DNA of 64,000 nucleotides from Octopus vulgaris (GCA_951406725.2 OX597835.1:35154001-35218000), one strand, 5' to 3'; shown: positions 27,601-44,235, counted from the stretch's first letter. The notes: generated by a model not told the origin, from the letters alone. Made by a program: numbers and translations.

Positions 27601-28280
27601 AATTTGATTTTGCTCAAAGTGGTACGGAACCTGCATGATACGGCAGGGGTAAACCAGCATATACTGTCGGTCCCTGCTGCTGATACTAGGGGTTGCGTTC
27701 AATGACTTGACCCAAGCATAGAACGGAGCTCATCTCTTGAGGTGAGAGATGAATGGAATGCCTAGTGCGTACCCTGTTGTGGTTACCCCTTCCTAATAGA
27801 ATGAGGATTAGGCCTGGGTATATATAATATATATATATATATAGTAAGTCTGGTTTTCTGGTTTCTGTGGCGTATATAATTCCCACTGGAGGAAACATCG
27901 ATCCGTGGCAGAATTACACATTTTTGGCAGTTCAATGGATTGGAGCAACGTGAAATGAAGTGGTTTGCTGATGAATACAACGCATTGCCTGGACTGGGTG
28001 GATTTGGCAGACGGAAACTGAAAGAAGCCCGTCGTGTATATATATATATGTATGTGTGTGTGTGTGTGTGTTTATGCGTCTGTGATTGTACCCCACCATC
28101 GTTTGACAACCGATGGTGATGTGTTTATGTCCCCATATCTTAGCGGTTCGGCAAAAGAGGGCGATAGATTAAGTACTAAGCATACGAAGACTGAGCCCTG
28201 GGGACGACTTGTTCGACTAAAGGCGGTGCTCCAGCATGGCTGCAGTCAAATGACTGAATCCAAAAAGGTGTAAAAGAATA

Positions 28281-28424
<144 letters not shown>

Positions 28425-29197
28425 AGTATATACATTATATATATATATGTGTGTGTGCGTGCGTATGTATTAAAAGCGTTCTCGCATATGAAGACAGAAA
28501 ACATGGATTCACTTGAATATTTTCTTCACAAAGATTGAATTATTAAAATATTACTAAGACATATGCAACAATCCTACACCCATGTTTATTTTTTCTTATT
28601 TTCAGTCATTAAATTCGTCATAATCTTTCAACATCATCGCCATTATTAGCATGATGATGATGTTGTTGATGATGATGATGATGATGATTTTCATCATCAT
28701 CATCACCACCATCGTCATCATCATTTTCGTCATCATCATCCTTGTCGTCATCGGTATTGTTATCATCATCGTCGTCGTCGTCGTCGTTATAGTCATCATC
28801 AAATAAATAATTATAATTACAAGGCTGGTGATTCGTATAATTATCTCTTTGCCCTTTTTTCATATCTCTTCTCTATCTCTATCTTCCCTTAACTCTCGCT
28901 CTCCTCTCATGATCCTAACTGCACCCCCCTTATATTTATATAATACTTACGTACATACATGAACATAGACACCCGTACACATACACACAAACACACACAC
29001 ATACATATATACATATATAAATATATGGTGCATCTTGGTGCATCTAAGTTAAGTGCCATTTGAATTCATTTGAATTCTTTTGAATCTTAATTGTTTTTGC
29101 ATATATAAATATATATATATTGATAAAAATGGTAAGACAACAAAAGAATGAATGAGACCTCGATATTATGTAAATAGAGGTATTTTTCCGATAAATG

Positions 29198-29258
29198 GAT
29201 AACTGAAGAATTGGCGGCGTGGATTTCCACCTCGGCATCCGAAATTCGGAGTTTTATC
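29198..29258 (+). ncRNA. Degenerate hammerhead (family of 18829)
   Basis: gataa-CTGAAGA-...cggcatcc-GAAA-ttcggag-TT-ttatc; 29135-29185 is the reverse complement of ~18930-18977. Confidence 0.6.
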
Positions 29259-29375
29259 ATGGCTACCGAATAATTGTCACATATTAAATTTACAGATAAA
29301 TAAATATATATATATATATGTACCTCTCTATATATACATATTTATATATATAGATATATACATACATAGACATAT

Positions 29376-29414
<39 letters not shown>

Positions 29415-29996
29415 CAAAACAATAAACGAAGACAGGTAGTGTACAAAACAAACAGATGTATTAGTATAACGCTCAGGAATAGAAAAAGTATTTTACGATT
29501 CGAGCCTACGCTCTTCTACAGAAAGGGACACAGAAAAAACAAGGAGAGAAAAAATGTGTGTAGTGGCTATATATATATATATATATACATAGGCACGCAC
29601 ACACACACACATACACACACTTACTCACACACGCACTCTCACTTGTTATATACATATATATATTCCCTCTAACGGAATTCCATCTGTCTGTCTCCCTCTC
29701 TTCGCTCTTTGAAACTTCTGTCAGTACTTTGTGTCATTCTCTGATAAACTTTATCTTCACCACCTTCTCCCCTTCGTCTCGTCTCCTTGCCCTCCATATC
29801 AGATCTCTGTCTCTTGAAACTCTTCAATCCCACCTCGCCATCCAGATCTATTTATCTATCTATCGATATGTCTGTCTGTCCGTCTGACTATTTGTGTATC
29901 TGTCTGTCTCTCTGTATGTCTGTGTCTGTCTGTCTGTCTGTCTGTCTATGTATGTATGCATGTATGTATGTATGTCTATCTATCTACCTATATATC

Positions 29997-30071
<75 letters not shown>

Positions 30072-30104
30072 GTCTGTCTGTCTGTCTGTCTATCTGTCTG
30101 TCTT

Positions 30105-30136
<32 letters not shown>

Positions 30137-31155
30137 TCTATCTAACTATCTATCTATCTATCTATATCTATCTATCTGTCTATCTATCTATCTATCGTAA
30201 ACATCCATACACACCCTTATCGAACTGTCATCGATGATATTTCATCCCCAATGCTATTTGAGCTTTCATTATTTCTGGTATGTTGAACAGGCGGAGTCAT
30301 TTTTGCACACGTCTACATCTACAGACACATACACACACGCACACATACACATTTTCCACATCCGCATCCATACACACAAACACGCCCCACCCTCCCATAG
30401 ACATTCACACACATATACATACCCTTCAATGTATAAATATGTCTGTAAGAATATATACATCTATATAAGTACATACATATATATATGCATATATATATAT
30501 GCATATATATATGCATACATATATATATGATATATATAATCATATATATAGATATATGTATATACACATACATACCTACACACATATATACATACACAGA
30601 TTCGTATATATGCATATACACATATATATATATGCATACATGTATAAATGTATGCATGTTTACATATATAAATGTACACACACACACACACACACGCATA
30701 TATATATATATATATACATACATACACAAACATATTTATATGTGTGTATATATATACATATATATGTATATATATATATATACAAGTGTGTACAGATTTA
30801 TCTACATATAGATATGAATGTTTGTATCTATGTATGCCTGCATATATATATATACACACACACACACATATACACATATACATATATGAGTAGGTCCACA
30901 CAAACACACACACACATGCACAAATACCTACTCACACGTACACAGTCTGAGGAGAAACCTACATAAACATACACACGCCACATACACTGCAACATCATAT
31001 AATACCAAAACCGTAACCACACTACACACCACCGCAGCTCACCGCACCACCACATCACCTATACCTACACGACGATACACGCCCTGTACATTACTTTCCT
31101 AGACGGGTTTGGAATATTTTCTGATCATATGACGTAGCCGTATTAATACCACCAC

Positions 31156-31236
<81 letters not shown>

Positions 31237-31646
31237 TTTTTTTTGCTTGTTTGTTTGTTTGTTCATGCTGCTGTTGTTTGCTGGTACAGTCTGGTAATCT
31301 AGTGCGTGATAGGTTATTTGCTGTGACCAGCCAAGCAGAAAACTTAATTCTCATTAAGACGTATCAGGAACGAAAATTCGTCCTTGTAAATTTTTTTGTC
31401 TCTCACTATTTATTATAAGAAGATTCGCTGGCACCGTTCCACGCTTGTTACTTGTTTATTTGCAGCTTTATAGAGAGAAAAGAAACAGACAAAAAAAGAA
31501 AAAAAGAAAAAAAAGAAAAAAGAAACTAACTCTGTGGATGATGAAGATGATGATGATGATGGTGATGCTGGTGATGGTAATGGTGATGACTAATCAATGA
31601 TGCGGAACATGCTTTGCCCCCACCGCGTATACGTGTACATGTGTAC

Positions 31647-31719
<73 letters not shown>

Positions 31720-31832
31720 CATATATAAATATGTATATATATGTATATATAAGTATATATATATATATATCTATATATATATATACATACACATATATAT
31801 ATGTATATAATGTCTGTATGTATATTTGCATC

Positions 31833-31881
<49 letters not shown>

Positions 31882-32018
31882 AGTATGTATACGTACATGT
31901 ATACGTGTATGTGTGTGTGTGTGGATAAATATAGATGTGTACATGTATGTTTGCATATAAGTACATATATATGTATATAAATCCGTGTGTATATATCCAT
32001 ATATACATATATATGAAT

Positions 32019-32071
<53 letters not shown>

Positions 32072-32083
32072 AGTATATATATG

Positions 32084-32120
<37 letters not shown>

Positions 32121-32667
32121 GTATATATATATCTATATATATACACATATATATATACCCACAGACACAATCACACACATATATGTAATCATGAATTTAA
32201 TTATGATTGCATTGATGTCTATATTCATACATATTTATAATATATATATGCAAATATATATACATACACATATACACTATATGATGTGAACATGCATGAA
32301 CGCCTACCTATTTACATACACACATCCATACCCATACATATCCATACACACGTACACATATAAACACACACACACACACGCCTATACACACCTGCTCTTT
32401 CCTGATATCTCCATGCTGATTTTTGTGTTCTTTTCACCTTTCATCGCAAGGACGTCATCAATCCCATCATCACTTCTTTCCCTCATCTCTTTCCTCTTCA
32501 CTTTTTTTCGTCTCCTCCTCCCCCCTTTACCATTTCATTTTCTTTCTCCTACGCCTTTTCCTCCTCTTATCCTCCCCTTATCCTCCTCTTTTTTTGCGTT
32601 GGTTACTTTTCACAGAGTCTGCCTCGAAATTGAATACATGATACTTACATACATATATATATATGTA

Positions 32668-32715
<48 letters not shown>

Positions 32716-32800
32716 CACACGTCACAGTTACTCATATATAATGGCGTCACTATGTATAGGTGATGTATGTGTACATACATGTATAAATCATTCATACATG

Positions 32801-32850
<50 letters not shown>

Positions 32851-32993
32851 AACATATTTATATACTTATATGTATTCGCATCTGTATATTTCAGTATGTA
32901 TGTATGTATGTATGTATGTATGTATGTATGTATGAGTATGTATAAATGTATGTATGCGTGTATGAAAGTATGCATCCGCGTGTATATATATAT

Positions 32994-33060
<67 letters not shown>

Positions 33061-33139
33061 TATATATATCAATATCTATATGTATATATATATAGATATA
33101 TACATATACATATATATGTATATAGATATAAATATAAAT

Positions 33140-33180
<41 letters not shown>

Positions 33181-33603
33181 TAAATATAAACACACACATA
33201 CATACATATATATATATTCTTTATTCTTTTACTTGTTTGAGTCATTTGACTGCGGCCATGCTGCAGCACCGGCTTTAGTCCAACAAATCGATGTCAGGAC
33301 TATATTATATTGGAAGCCTAGTACTTATTCTATCGGTGTTTTTTGCCGAACGGCTACGTTACAGGGTCGTAAACACACCAATCTCGATTGTGAAGCGATG
33401 GCGGGAGGACAAACATAGACCAGATACAATATATATATATGTACCCACACACACACTCATATATATATATAGTTACGACGGGCTTCTTTCAGTTTTCGTC
33501 TACGAAATCCACTCAGAAGACTTTGGTCGACCCGAAGCTATAGTAGAAGACACACTTCCAATGTGCCACGTAGTGGAACTCAACCCGGAACCACGTGGGA
33601 AAC

Positions 33604-33661
<58 letters not shown>

Positions 33662-33872
33662 GTGTGCGTGTGTGTGTGTGCGTGCGTGTGTGTGTGTGTG
33701 CGTGTGTGTGTATGCATCATATCTATCTAATCTATCTATCTATCTATTTATCTATCTATCTATCTCTTTGTATGTCTTTATATATATATATATATATATA
33801 TATACATACTCTCAATACAATCACACATATATGTTTGTCATACAAAAAAGAAAAAAAATTGCATCAAAACAT

Positions 33873-33907
<35 letters not shown>

Positions 33908-33911
<4 letters not shown>

Positions 33912-34190
33912 CAAAATGGGACAAGAACGCAAAACATTCAAATAGACGACACAAAAAACGGACGGGTCATTCGAAGCCTCTAATCTTCAGTCAAGAACCG
34001 GATCATCCTCGCAATTTCGGCTGATTAATCTTGAGATCGCTCCTATCCGGCCAGCCCCAAGGAAAAACTAAGCTACGAGCATTAGATTTCTTGGAAAAAG
34101 GATCGAATGTATACGAAACAAGGACAGAAAAACGGACGATGCCACACGAATATAAATACAAAAAACATTAATGATAATAACAACAGGTTT
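33908..34190. mobile_element. Unclassified dispersed repeat (other copies at 12735-12848, 26118-26245, 36558-36815)
   Basis: Shared aaaatgggacaagaacgcaaaacattc...ttcgaagcctctaatcttcagtcaagaaccggatcatcc, usually next to (TA)n. Confidence 0.75.
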
Positions 34191-34357
34191 CTTTCGACTT
34201 TAGACGGTTCAACTTAGCTTAGCTGGCGTATTTGGAAAATAATGCCTTACGGTAGACGAAGAAGTCGATGTTGTCGTGGCGGTGCTCAGAAGCCGAGAGG
34301 CTAGTTGACCGGCGGTCACGTGAGAAGAGAAGAGAGAGCAAAAAGGGACAAAGGAAT

Positions 34358-34396
<39 letters not shown>

Positions 34397-35074
34397 GGAC
34401 AAAGGCACCAAAGAGGGCGAGAAGAGAGAGAAAGAAGGAATTAAAGAGGGGAGAAGAAAGAGAGCGTGCCAAGGATTGGCGGGACAAAAGAAAGGCAGGG
34501 TCAGTGAGGTGCAAAGTGAGAAAGACAGAGAAATGTGAGAGAGTGGAGGAAGAGGAGACCAAAGAATCAGAGGCGAGAAAAGAGAATGACAGAGACCAGT
34601 GAAGTATAGAGAAAGTGTGTGTAGAAGTCGTACAAGTAGTGGGATGCTTACATACATAGAAGAGAAGAAGGTGTACGTTACGCCGCAATAATATATGTAT
34701 AAAAAATATATATAAAAATAATATATATCCTTAATTTTGGAGGCCGAACTTTCAAGGTTTTCTCTCTCTTCTCGCTGAACGTTTCGTGTGTGGTACTAAT
34801 AAAGGGTATACACGAAACACTCGGTCATTGATTCACTTCGTAACTTCTACCTCTATTTCAAAATCCATATGTAGATGTGTGGTTATGTTTGCGTGTGTGT
34901 ACGTGTGTGTGTGTGTTTCACCTTTGCTTACTTCCTAGTATCGGCGACAGTTCGATGCTATTGAAGGTTTTCATTTGTCTTCTTACTATTGAGTGGTTTA
35001 TTCATTGCGTGTTTATTGTATTTAAATACACAATCCTATATATATATATATATATATGCATATGTGTGTGTGTC

Positions 35075-35136
<62 letters not shown>

Positions 35137-35224
35137 GACACACGCACAAACACACAAATACGTATGTGAGGAGGTAGATTTGTTCATATCTTTCTTGTTA
35201 TTCTTTATTATATTTGGAGAGAAC

Positions 35225-35330
<106 letters not shown>

Positions 35331-35611
35331 TTATATACGTATATATGTATATTATATATATATATTATATGTTCGTGCGTGTATGTGTGTATATATATAT
35401 ATTTTGTTGAAATTTACTGAAAAACAAAAGACGAAGGCAGGTGTATAAACAACAAACAGATGTATTTTAGTTTAATGCTCGGGAAGGTGAGAAAGTCTTT
35501 TACATTTCGGGTCTACACTCTTCAACAGAAAGGAACACGAGGAAGTATACAGAGAGAGAATAAAAACTTTTGGATTTAGCGATCAGTATGTGTGTGCATG
35601 TGTGTGTGTGT

Positions 35612-35669
<58 letters not shown>

Positions 35670-36358
35670 ATATATAGGAAGACGTGTAATTTTGCCGTTC
35701 CATTGGCAGAAAATATTGGCCAAATCCTCCTAGTACGATCCTAATATGACCAGAAATAAAATTTGAGCATATTGTACACAGTTTAAATGTAGCATTAAAA
35801 AGGCTTGCTGATAATTTCTCGAATGCTTTTAATCACACATTTTCCTGAATCCCACAGTAGTCCTTACCTTGAACATCAAAATCAGGTTCCAGATGAATTT
35901 TTATTAGATTTTTAAAGAGGGGCATATGTTTGTTCCTTCTCGTGCCATGCCTGGCTCATAAGGGCCGGTTTTCCGGTTTCTTGGCGTATAGGTTCCCTAC
36001 CTGGACGGGACGCCGGTCCGTCGCAGGTGAGCTGCAAGATACAGGAGGAAAGAGTGAGAGAAAGTTGTGGCGAAAGAATCAGCAGACATTTCGCCATTAA
36101 CTTCTGCCGGAGCTGCATGGAGCTTAGGTGTTTCGCTCATGAACACACACATCGCCCGGTCTGAGATTCGAACCCGCAATCCCTCGTTTTTTTTGGCGCT
36201 TTATGTCCTCAGTGTGTTTTCTGTTTCTTATCTTTGTCAGCCCATCCTGGGTAATAAAGAAATTGTGTATGAGACTGCGTGCGTGTCGGTAGGATTATAT
36301 ATCACTGTAAACCATTTTGTTAATATGTGTGTGTATGTGTGTGTGTATGTGTGTCTGC

Positions 36359-36412
<54 letters not shown>

Positions 36413-36425
36413 AATATGAGACAAC

Positions 36426-36472
<47 letters not shown>

Positions 36473-36500
36473 TAAAACGGTAAGATAACAAAAGACATTT

Positions 36501-36563
<63 letters not shown>

Positions 36564-37291
36564 GGGACAAGAACGCAAAACATTCAAATAGACGATACAA
36601 AAAACACGTACGGGTCATCCGAAGCCTCTAATCTTCAGTCAAGAACCGGATCATCCTAGCAATTTCGGCTGATTAATCTTGAGATTGCTCCAATCTGGCC
36701 AGCCCAAGGAATAACTAAGCTACGAGCATTAGATTTCTTGGAAAAAAGATCGAATGTATACGAAACAAGGACAGAAAAACGGACGATGTTACACGAATAT
36801 AAATACAAAAAACCAAAAATAATACGAATATAAATACAAATAACAATATATATGTATATATATATATACACATATACAGTTAATAAGATGAGGAGAACGG
36901 AGATTTGCACATCGAAATTTTGTTATACAGTTAATCACATCGTTCTTGGTCTTGACGAAGAATGATGTGAGGATTAACTGCATCATAAAACTTGGTTGCG
37001 CAAATTTTCGTTCACCTGATCTTTATGAATTTTATTTTTTCTCTACGGACACTATGCTGTCCTTATAAGGAGATTAGGTTTTATGAAGTGACCATTAACC
37101 GAATATAGCTAATTTTAACTAATTTTAACTAAATTTAACAAAGTTCAACATTCACTGTGGCTAGCCAGGATTATTAACCGATAAGAGCGGACACGGAATC
37201 CGGTAGGATTATATATCACTGTAAACCATTTTGTTAATATGTGTGTGTATGTGTGTGTGTGTATGTGTGTCTGCGTGCGTGTGTGTGTGTG

Positions 37292-37322
<31 letters not shown>

Positions 37323-37472
37323 TGAATAATATGAGACAACATATACATGCTCACACAAGACCTGCATTAGACTCCTCATTCGTATTATTGTCGGACCGAG
37401 AGCCTAACTACGGCCCAGCTGTAGCAGTTACATAGTTTTAACTGCTATCTTGGGTCTTCTGCATACTAATAC

Positions 37473-37531
<59 letters not shown>

Positions 37532-37584
37532 TTGGCGATTTTTTTTCCTCTGTCTTCCCTTCTCGGGATCTTTACTTCTCCTAT

Positions 37585-37619
37585 GTTTCCGACGAAGAGC
37601 CCCGCTCGAAACGTTAAAC
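37585..37619 (+). ncRNA. Minimal hammerhead-like motif with CCGACGA core
   Basis: gttt-CCGACGA-a-gagc-ccc-gctc-GAAA-cg-TT-aaac. Confidence 0.65.
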
Positions 37620-38074
37620 CCTCCTTCTTTCCTTCTTTCCTGAGCGTCCAATAATACCATATTTGTTCCACGTCCTCGTGTTTTTTTGTTGTGCTTTTTG
37701 TGCTTTCATGTTTGGATTAACTTTATATGTTTATAACTGTATATAAATATATATATGTATATATATATATCAATACACATGCACACATACACGTACATAC
37801 ACGTACGCACACAGATATACTGTTTTATGCCTAGCGTTGGTTTGTTTGCGTCCCATGAAATAGTATTTCGGCAAAAGAATAAGTACTGTGGTCGACTTGT
37901 TCGACAAAAATCTTTCAAAGCTGCAACCCAATAACTGAAACATGTAAAAGATTAAAAAAAAGGTAGCGAGACGTTGGTAACGGTAAGATTTGAACGCAGA
38001 ATTCAATGATCCATCGCTAAATACAGCAAAACCTTTCGTGCGATGCTAGTAGTCCAGCTTTCTTCTTTCTTTCT

Positions 38075-38375
38075 CGCCCCTTTTCAAGCCTGGTCAGTCT
38101 CATGGGCCCGGTTTTCCGGTTTCTGTGGCGAATGTGTTCCCCCCAGCTGCACGGATGCCAGTCCATCACAGCGTTACTCAAGAAACAGGAAGCGAGAGTG
38201 AGAGAAAGTTGTGGCGAAAGAGTACAGCAGGTGTCGCCACCACCCACTGTCGGAGCCTCGTGGAGCTTTTATGTGTTTTCGCTCGATAAACACACACAAC
38301 ACCCGGTCTGGGAATCGAAACCGCGATCCTCCGACCGTGAGTCCGCAGCCCTAACCACTGGGCCATTGCGCCTCA
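38075..38375 (-). mobile_element. tRNA-derived SINE family C
   Basis: Head ggcgcaatggcccagtggttaggg; related copies at 40600-40862 (+) and 35920-36180 (-). Confidence 0.8.
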
Positions 38376-38389
38376 ACAAATAAATGTGC

Positions 38390-38628
38390 CCATTTAAAGC
38401 CTAGCTAGGCTCATGGGCCCGGTTACCCGGTTTCTATGGCGTATGTGTTCCTCAGCAGAACGGGACACCAGTCCATCGCAGTGTTGCTCAGTTTTGCCAG
38501 CTGAGTGGACTGGAGCAACGTGAAATGAAGTGTTTTGCTCAAGAACACAACGCGTCGCTCGGTCCAGGAATCGAAATCACAATCTTACGATCATGATGGT
38601 AACACCCTAACCACTAAGCCACGCGTCT
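38390..38628 (-). mobile_element. tRNA-derived SINE family D (V-domain-like)
   Basis: gcgtggcttagtggttaggg head and ctgcgatggactggtgtcccgt segment. Confidence 0.75.
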
Positions 38629-39461
38629 CTACCTAGTAGTCCAGCGAAAGACTGAAATTCTCGGGGCGCGGTAAGAATCAATTCTTTGTAAGATTATCGC
38701 TGTTGTTAACCAAGGTGACGGATGAAGACTGCGGCACAACATATCTTCTGACAGGCTTACATAGTTTCTGTCTCCGAAGTTACACTTTGGTTGACCAAGA
38801 GGTCATGGTGGAGACGTCTGCCTGTGATGCTGTGTTGTGAGATCAAACCTAAAGCTACATAGATTCAAAATGAACTTCTTAATTGCACAGCCGTGCCCGG
38901 GTCTACTGAATCACCACTACCACCACCACCACCACCACCACCACCACCACCACCACCACCATCACCACCACCACTGTCACAACAACTGCCACAACCAACA
39001 CCATCATCATCATCATCATCATCGTCGTCGTCATCATCATCATCGTCGTTGTCATCATCATCATCATCATCATCATCACCAACACCACACCACCACCATC
39101 ATTATCCTCATCGTCATCATTATCGTCGTCGTCGTCGTCATCATCATCATCATCATCAACCCCGTTTTCCGCGGTATATTAGAGACCAAGATCACAATAT
39201 ACTCCCTGGATAGAACGCCAGTCCGTCGTAGGGCTACTTATGCACACCTGAGTGAACTGAAAAAGAAAAGAAAACAAAAAACAAAAAAAAAAAACACGAA
39301 AAATTGTTTTGTGGATGAACACAATGCATTTCCCGTTCCAGGAATCGAAACCAGGATTTTGCAATCGCGAGTGCACACCTTCACTAAGATGCTCTACATG
39401 CTGGTTACGATGTTTTACACTCTGCTGGGTCAGAGCTTCCCCAGACAAGGATTTTGAACTA

Positions 39462-39887
39462 GATTCAACGGTTTTGAAGTTTTTTCTAGCTGTGTCATAT
39501 GAAATTGTCACCCATAATTATGACCCTAGTATCGATCTATTGCATTTCAATCTCTTTTAGGGTTAGGGTTAGTTAGGGTTAGGGTTAGGGTTAGGTGTGG
39601 GGGGAAGGGTATCTTTTTTTTCTTCAGAAATGTAAATAAACCCAATCCGTTTCTTAAACGAGGGACATATTCATACGGCACAGAATGTTGTTTACCTCAA
39701 TAGACGTCAGTGATTGGTTGAAATTGCAGAAAAAACAACAACAAATATCTTACAAACTATAGAATTTTCTCAATAAAGCCAAGAGAAAAAGATGTTTTAT
39801 AAACACATTCTACCAGTATACGAAGTTTAAATTTTTTTAGTTACCTAGAAATTATGTTAAAAACTGCCGCTCAAACCGAAAAGATCC
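39462..39887. mobile_element. MITE copy with internal TTAGGG repeats (one TIR degraded)
   Basis: Reverse-complement homologue of 46708-47136. Confidence 0.75.
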
Positions 39888-40516
39888 TAGAAGTATGCTT
39901 TGGTATGTCAATGCACGTTTGTTGTGTTTTACTGTATTTTTTGTATTTAATTCAGTTGTGTAAGAGGTTTATTGCCCCATAAAGGGATTTTGTATTGCAA
40001 AAATGTAAGAGATTTATTGCCTCATTAACGTGTGTTTTGAACTGTGTAAGAGGTTTTAATGCCACGGTTTGATACTTTAAAAAGAACAATGTTTTAGAGA
40101 AGCAGAAGTCGGCGGGCGCTTTTTGTCTTCTCCCATCCTTATCATCCTCGTATCATTATCATTTATCTCATTAATGTCTGTGTCCAGCCCGCAAGGTTCC
40201 TTACTCTATGTAATGCCTTTATGGCAAATTCTATAAAATAAAGAATGTATATCGGTATGTCACGTGAGCAAGATTATTGACAATCTCTTCCATTAACATA
40301 ATATATGGCATATTATGTTATACTCTTTTACTTGTTTCAGTCATTTGACTGCGGCCATGCTGGAGCACCACCTTTAGTCGAGCAAATCGTTCCCAGGAGT
40401 TATTCTTTGTAAGCCTAGTACTTAATCTATCGGTCTCTTTTGCCGAACCGCTAAGTTACGTAAACACACCAGCATCGGTTGTCAAGCGATGTTGGGGGAC
40501 AGACACAGACACACAA

Positions 40517-40590
<74 letters not shown>

Positions 40591-41603
40591 GTGTGTGGAG
40601 GCGCAATGGCCCAGTGGTTAGGGCAGCGGACTCGTTGTGTGTGTTTATTGAGCGAAAACACCTAAAAGCTCCACGAGGCTCCGACAGGGGGTGGTGATCC
40701 CTGCTGTACTCCTTCACCACTCTTTCTCTCACTCTTTCGTCTGTTGGCCTGCTCGCTTAGCCAGCGGGGTGGCGTCATTCGAAGGCTAAAACAATGCGAA
40801 CGCATTGTGACCAGCGATGTGTAGCAACATCTAATGGTCTGGTCGGTCACGTGATCACGTGATATATATATATATATATATAACGGGCTTATTTCAGTTT
40901 ACGTCCACCAAATCCACTCACAAGGTTTTGGTCGGCTCGAGGCTGTAGTAGAAGACACTTTCCCAAGGTGCCACGCAGTGGGACTGAACCCAGAACCATG
41001 TGGTTAGTAAGCAAGCTACTTACCACACAGCCACTCCTACACTGTTTAAATCGGCAGCTTTTTTAAAAAATAAATCCATTGTCCTAACACTCTCTCAGAA
41101 CAAATGAAGAAACCACACGAGACACCAGAATCCTATACAAGCATTTTGCCCGGGGCGGTAACGATTCTGCCACCTCGCCGCCTTTCGCCGCTACCTTAGG
41201 TATAATAATAACTCGTTTTACAATCGGCACAGGGCCTGAAATTTTGTTGGGGAGGGCTGCTCGATTGCATCGAGTCAAGTGCATAACTGGACATTATTTT
41301 AGCGAACCAGAAAGGATGAAAGTCATAGTCGACCTCGGCGGGATTTGAACTGAAAACGTCAAGAGCTGAGAGGAATACTACAAAGCATTTTTTTCCGACG
41401 TGCTAACGATTCTGCCAGCTCATGATTGCATTTAAACACCCCGCCACCCAGGTGATAACAATCCCATCCTTAACATTGCTACCATTACTATCAATATCAT
41501 CACCATCACTATCATCTTATGCTACAAACACAAACAATGCTATTATCATCATCATCATCATCATCATCGTCGTCATCATCATCATCATCATCATCATCAT
41601 CAA

Positions 41604-41640
<37 letters not shown>

Positions 41641-41647
41641 GTCGTCG

Positions 41648-41679
<32 letters not shown>

Positions 41680-42563
41680 GTCATCGTCGTCGTCGTCGTC
41701 GTCGTTGTCGTCACCCTCCTACCACTAACATCACCGCCATCAGTATCATCATCGCAACCACCACCATAACCATCCCCTTTACTAAAACGAACCCGAACGC
41801 TAATATCACCAGAGCGACCGACATTACCACCACCATTACCACCACCACCACCACCACCTCTTCAAAACCAATACCATCACCATCACCACTACCACATCAT
41901 CATCGACATCAATATCCACCACTCCTTCTCCTCCTCATCAGCATCATCCTCAATATTATCATATTCCTCCTCCTCCTTCCCCCCCTCCTCCGCCATCTTC
42001 TTCTTTTCCTCCTCCTCATTATCATGTCATCACCATCATCTACAAAACCACCACCACCACCACTACCATCATCATCATCATCAGCAGCAGCAGCATCATC
42101 ATCATCAATTTCCCACCATTATTATTCGGTGCCTAATAATTACACCGCCATCCGCCCTCCCCCACCCACCCACCTCCCGCTCACTCCCCATCCTACTCCT
42201 TCCTTACCAATAATATCTGTTTTACGACATAATACTTGGACTTTGGCAAAATCTATTAGAATCGAGAAGCAAATTGTTCTAAAACGTTATTGGTGATTGC
42301 AGTGACATCAGATTCATTGTCACAGAAACACACGCACACACACGCACACACACACGCACACACACACGCACACAACACACGCATACATGCACAGGCAATA
42401 TAAATATAACTATATCTATATATATCTATATATATATACATATATACACACACGCACTTACATATACGCATGCACATATGCAACTGAATATGTTTATATT
42501 TGTGCGTGCTCGTGTATACACATACACACACATACTTAAATGCATATAAACACATACACACAG

Positions 42564-42645
<82 letters not shown>

Positions 42646-42723
42646 GCATTTACAAACGCATAAGTATTCCTTATACACCTATTGTCTAAAGTTTTCTAAT
42701 ATGCTATTAACAATATATATATA

Positions 42724-42755
<32 letters not shown>

Positions 42756-43184
42756 CATATATACATTTGTATACATATCTATATATATATATATAAATAT
42801 ATACATATATTGGCATATATATATATATATATATATGTACGTATGTATGTATATATGTATGCACATATATATATATACATATGTATGTATATAAAGCAAT
42901 TGTGTACTCTTGCCTCCTGAGCTATCAACTGTTTCGCTACAATCCATCGCAGCCGTCAAATATGATTAGCCTATAGCTTATCGTGACTTTCGCATATCAA
43001 TATTTTCTTTTCATCTACCTACAACCACCTCCACTACACCTGTATATATACGCACACACCACGCACAATATACATACATGCATATACACATACATTCATA
43101 CATACACGAATACATACATACATGCATACATACATATAAATATAAATATATATGTATATTTATTTATATATATATATATATATA

Positions 43185-43252
<68 letters not shown>

Positions 43253-43414
43253 GTATATTGCATTATATTGATAAACATGAAGTTATAGGCGCTTGTGAAT
43301 GAATTATGATTATATATATATGTGTCTATACAATTGGAATTTATCAATTATATGCCCATACGCATATACACATATACATGCAATAATATACATTTCAAAC
43401 ACACACACATATAA

Positions 43415-43498
<84 letters not shown>

Positions 43499-44235
43499 CT
43501 TGAATGTAAGTAATTGATAAATTCCAATTGTATTGACTGCGAATTAAAAGTGACTGCGGTGGATATTACTAATAATAAATGGTTTATATATTTATATGCA
43601 CATTCGCTGCACCAATATGCAAACAGATAATAAATACATACTATGCATATATATACATATACACATACATACATATATATACAGGTATATATAGGTATAT
43701 ATAAGCGTTCTTGTCTATATCGAATGAATCGTTATAGACATATGTGTATGTGGTTCTATGACTATTATGTAGACGTAGGCATGTATGTGTATTTGTTTTA
43801 ATGTACGTGTGTGTAGATGCGTAAATGCATGTGTGCATAAGTTTATGTGTGTGTGTGCGTATGTATGTGTGTGTGTGTGAATATGTATTAAGAACAATAA
43901 TCTGCAATATGGTTAATAGATGTTTTTGACAGAATTGGTTCCTCAAATAATGTCACGCGTATTTGTATTGCACCTTCTCCGTTCTCTCCTCTCCTTTTCG
44001 GTATTGGTTTGTGTGTGTGTGTGTATGTGTGTGTGTGTGTGTGTGCGTGTGTATGTGTTTGTGCATTTACATACTTCTCACTCTGCATATACACACATAC
44101 TCACACACACACACACACATATATCTAAACCTATATATATATATATATATATGTATATACTTGTATCCATGTTGGTATGTATGTATTTATTTTTTTACAC
44201 ATGCGTCTCTGTAAATCTATAAAGTATTTATGCAT

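Noticed and set aside
39557-39595. Telomere or chromosome fusion site
   Set aside because: Only a few TTAGGG units, lying inside a MITE that occurs twice in the window.
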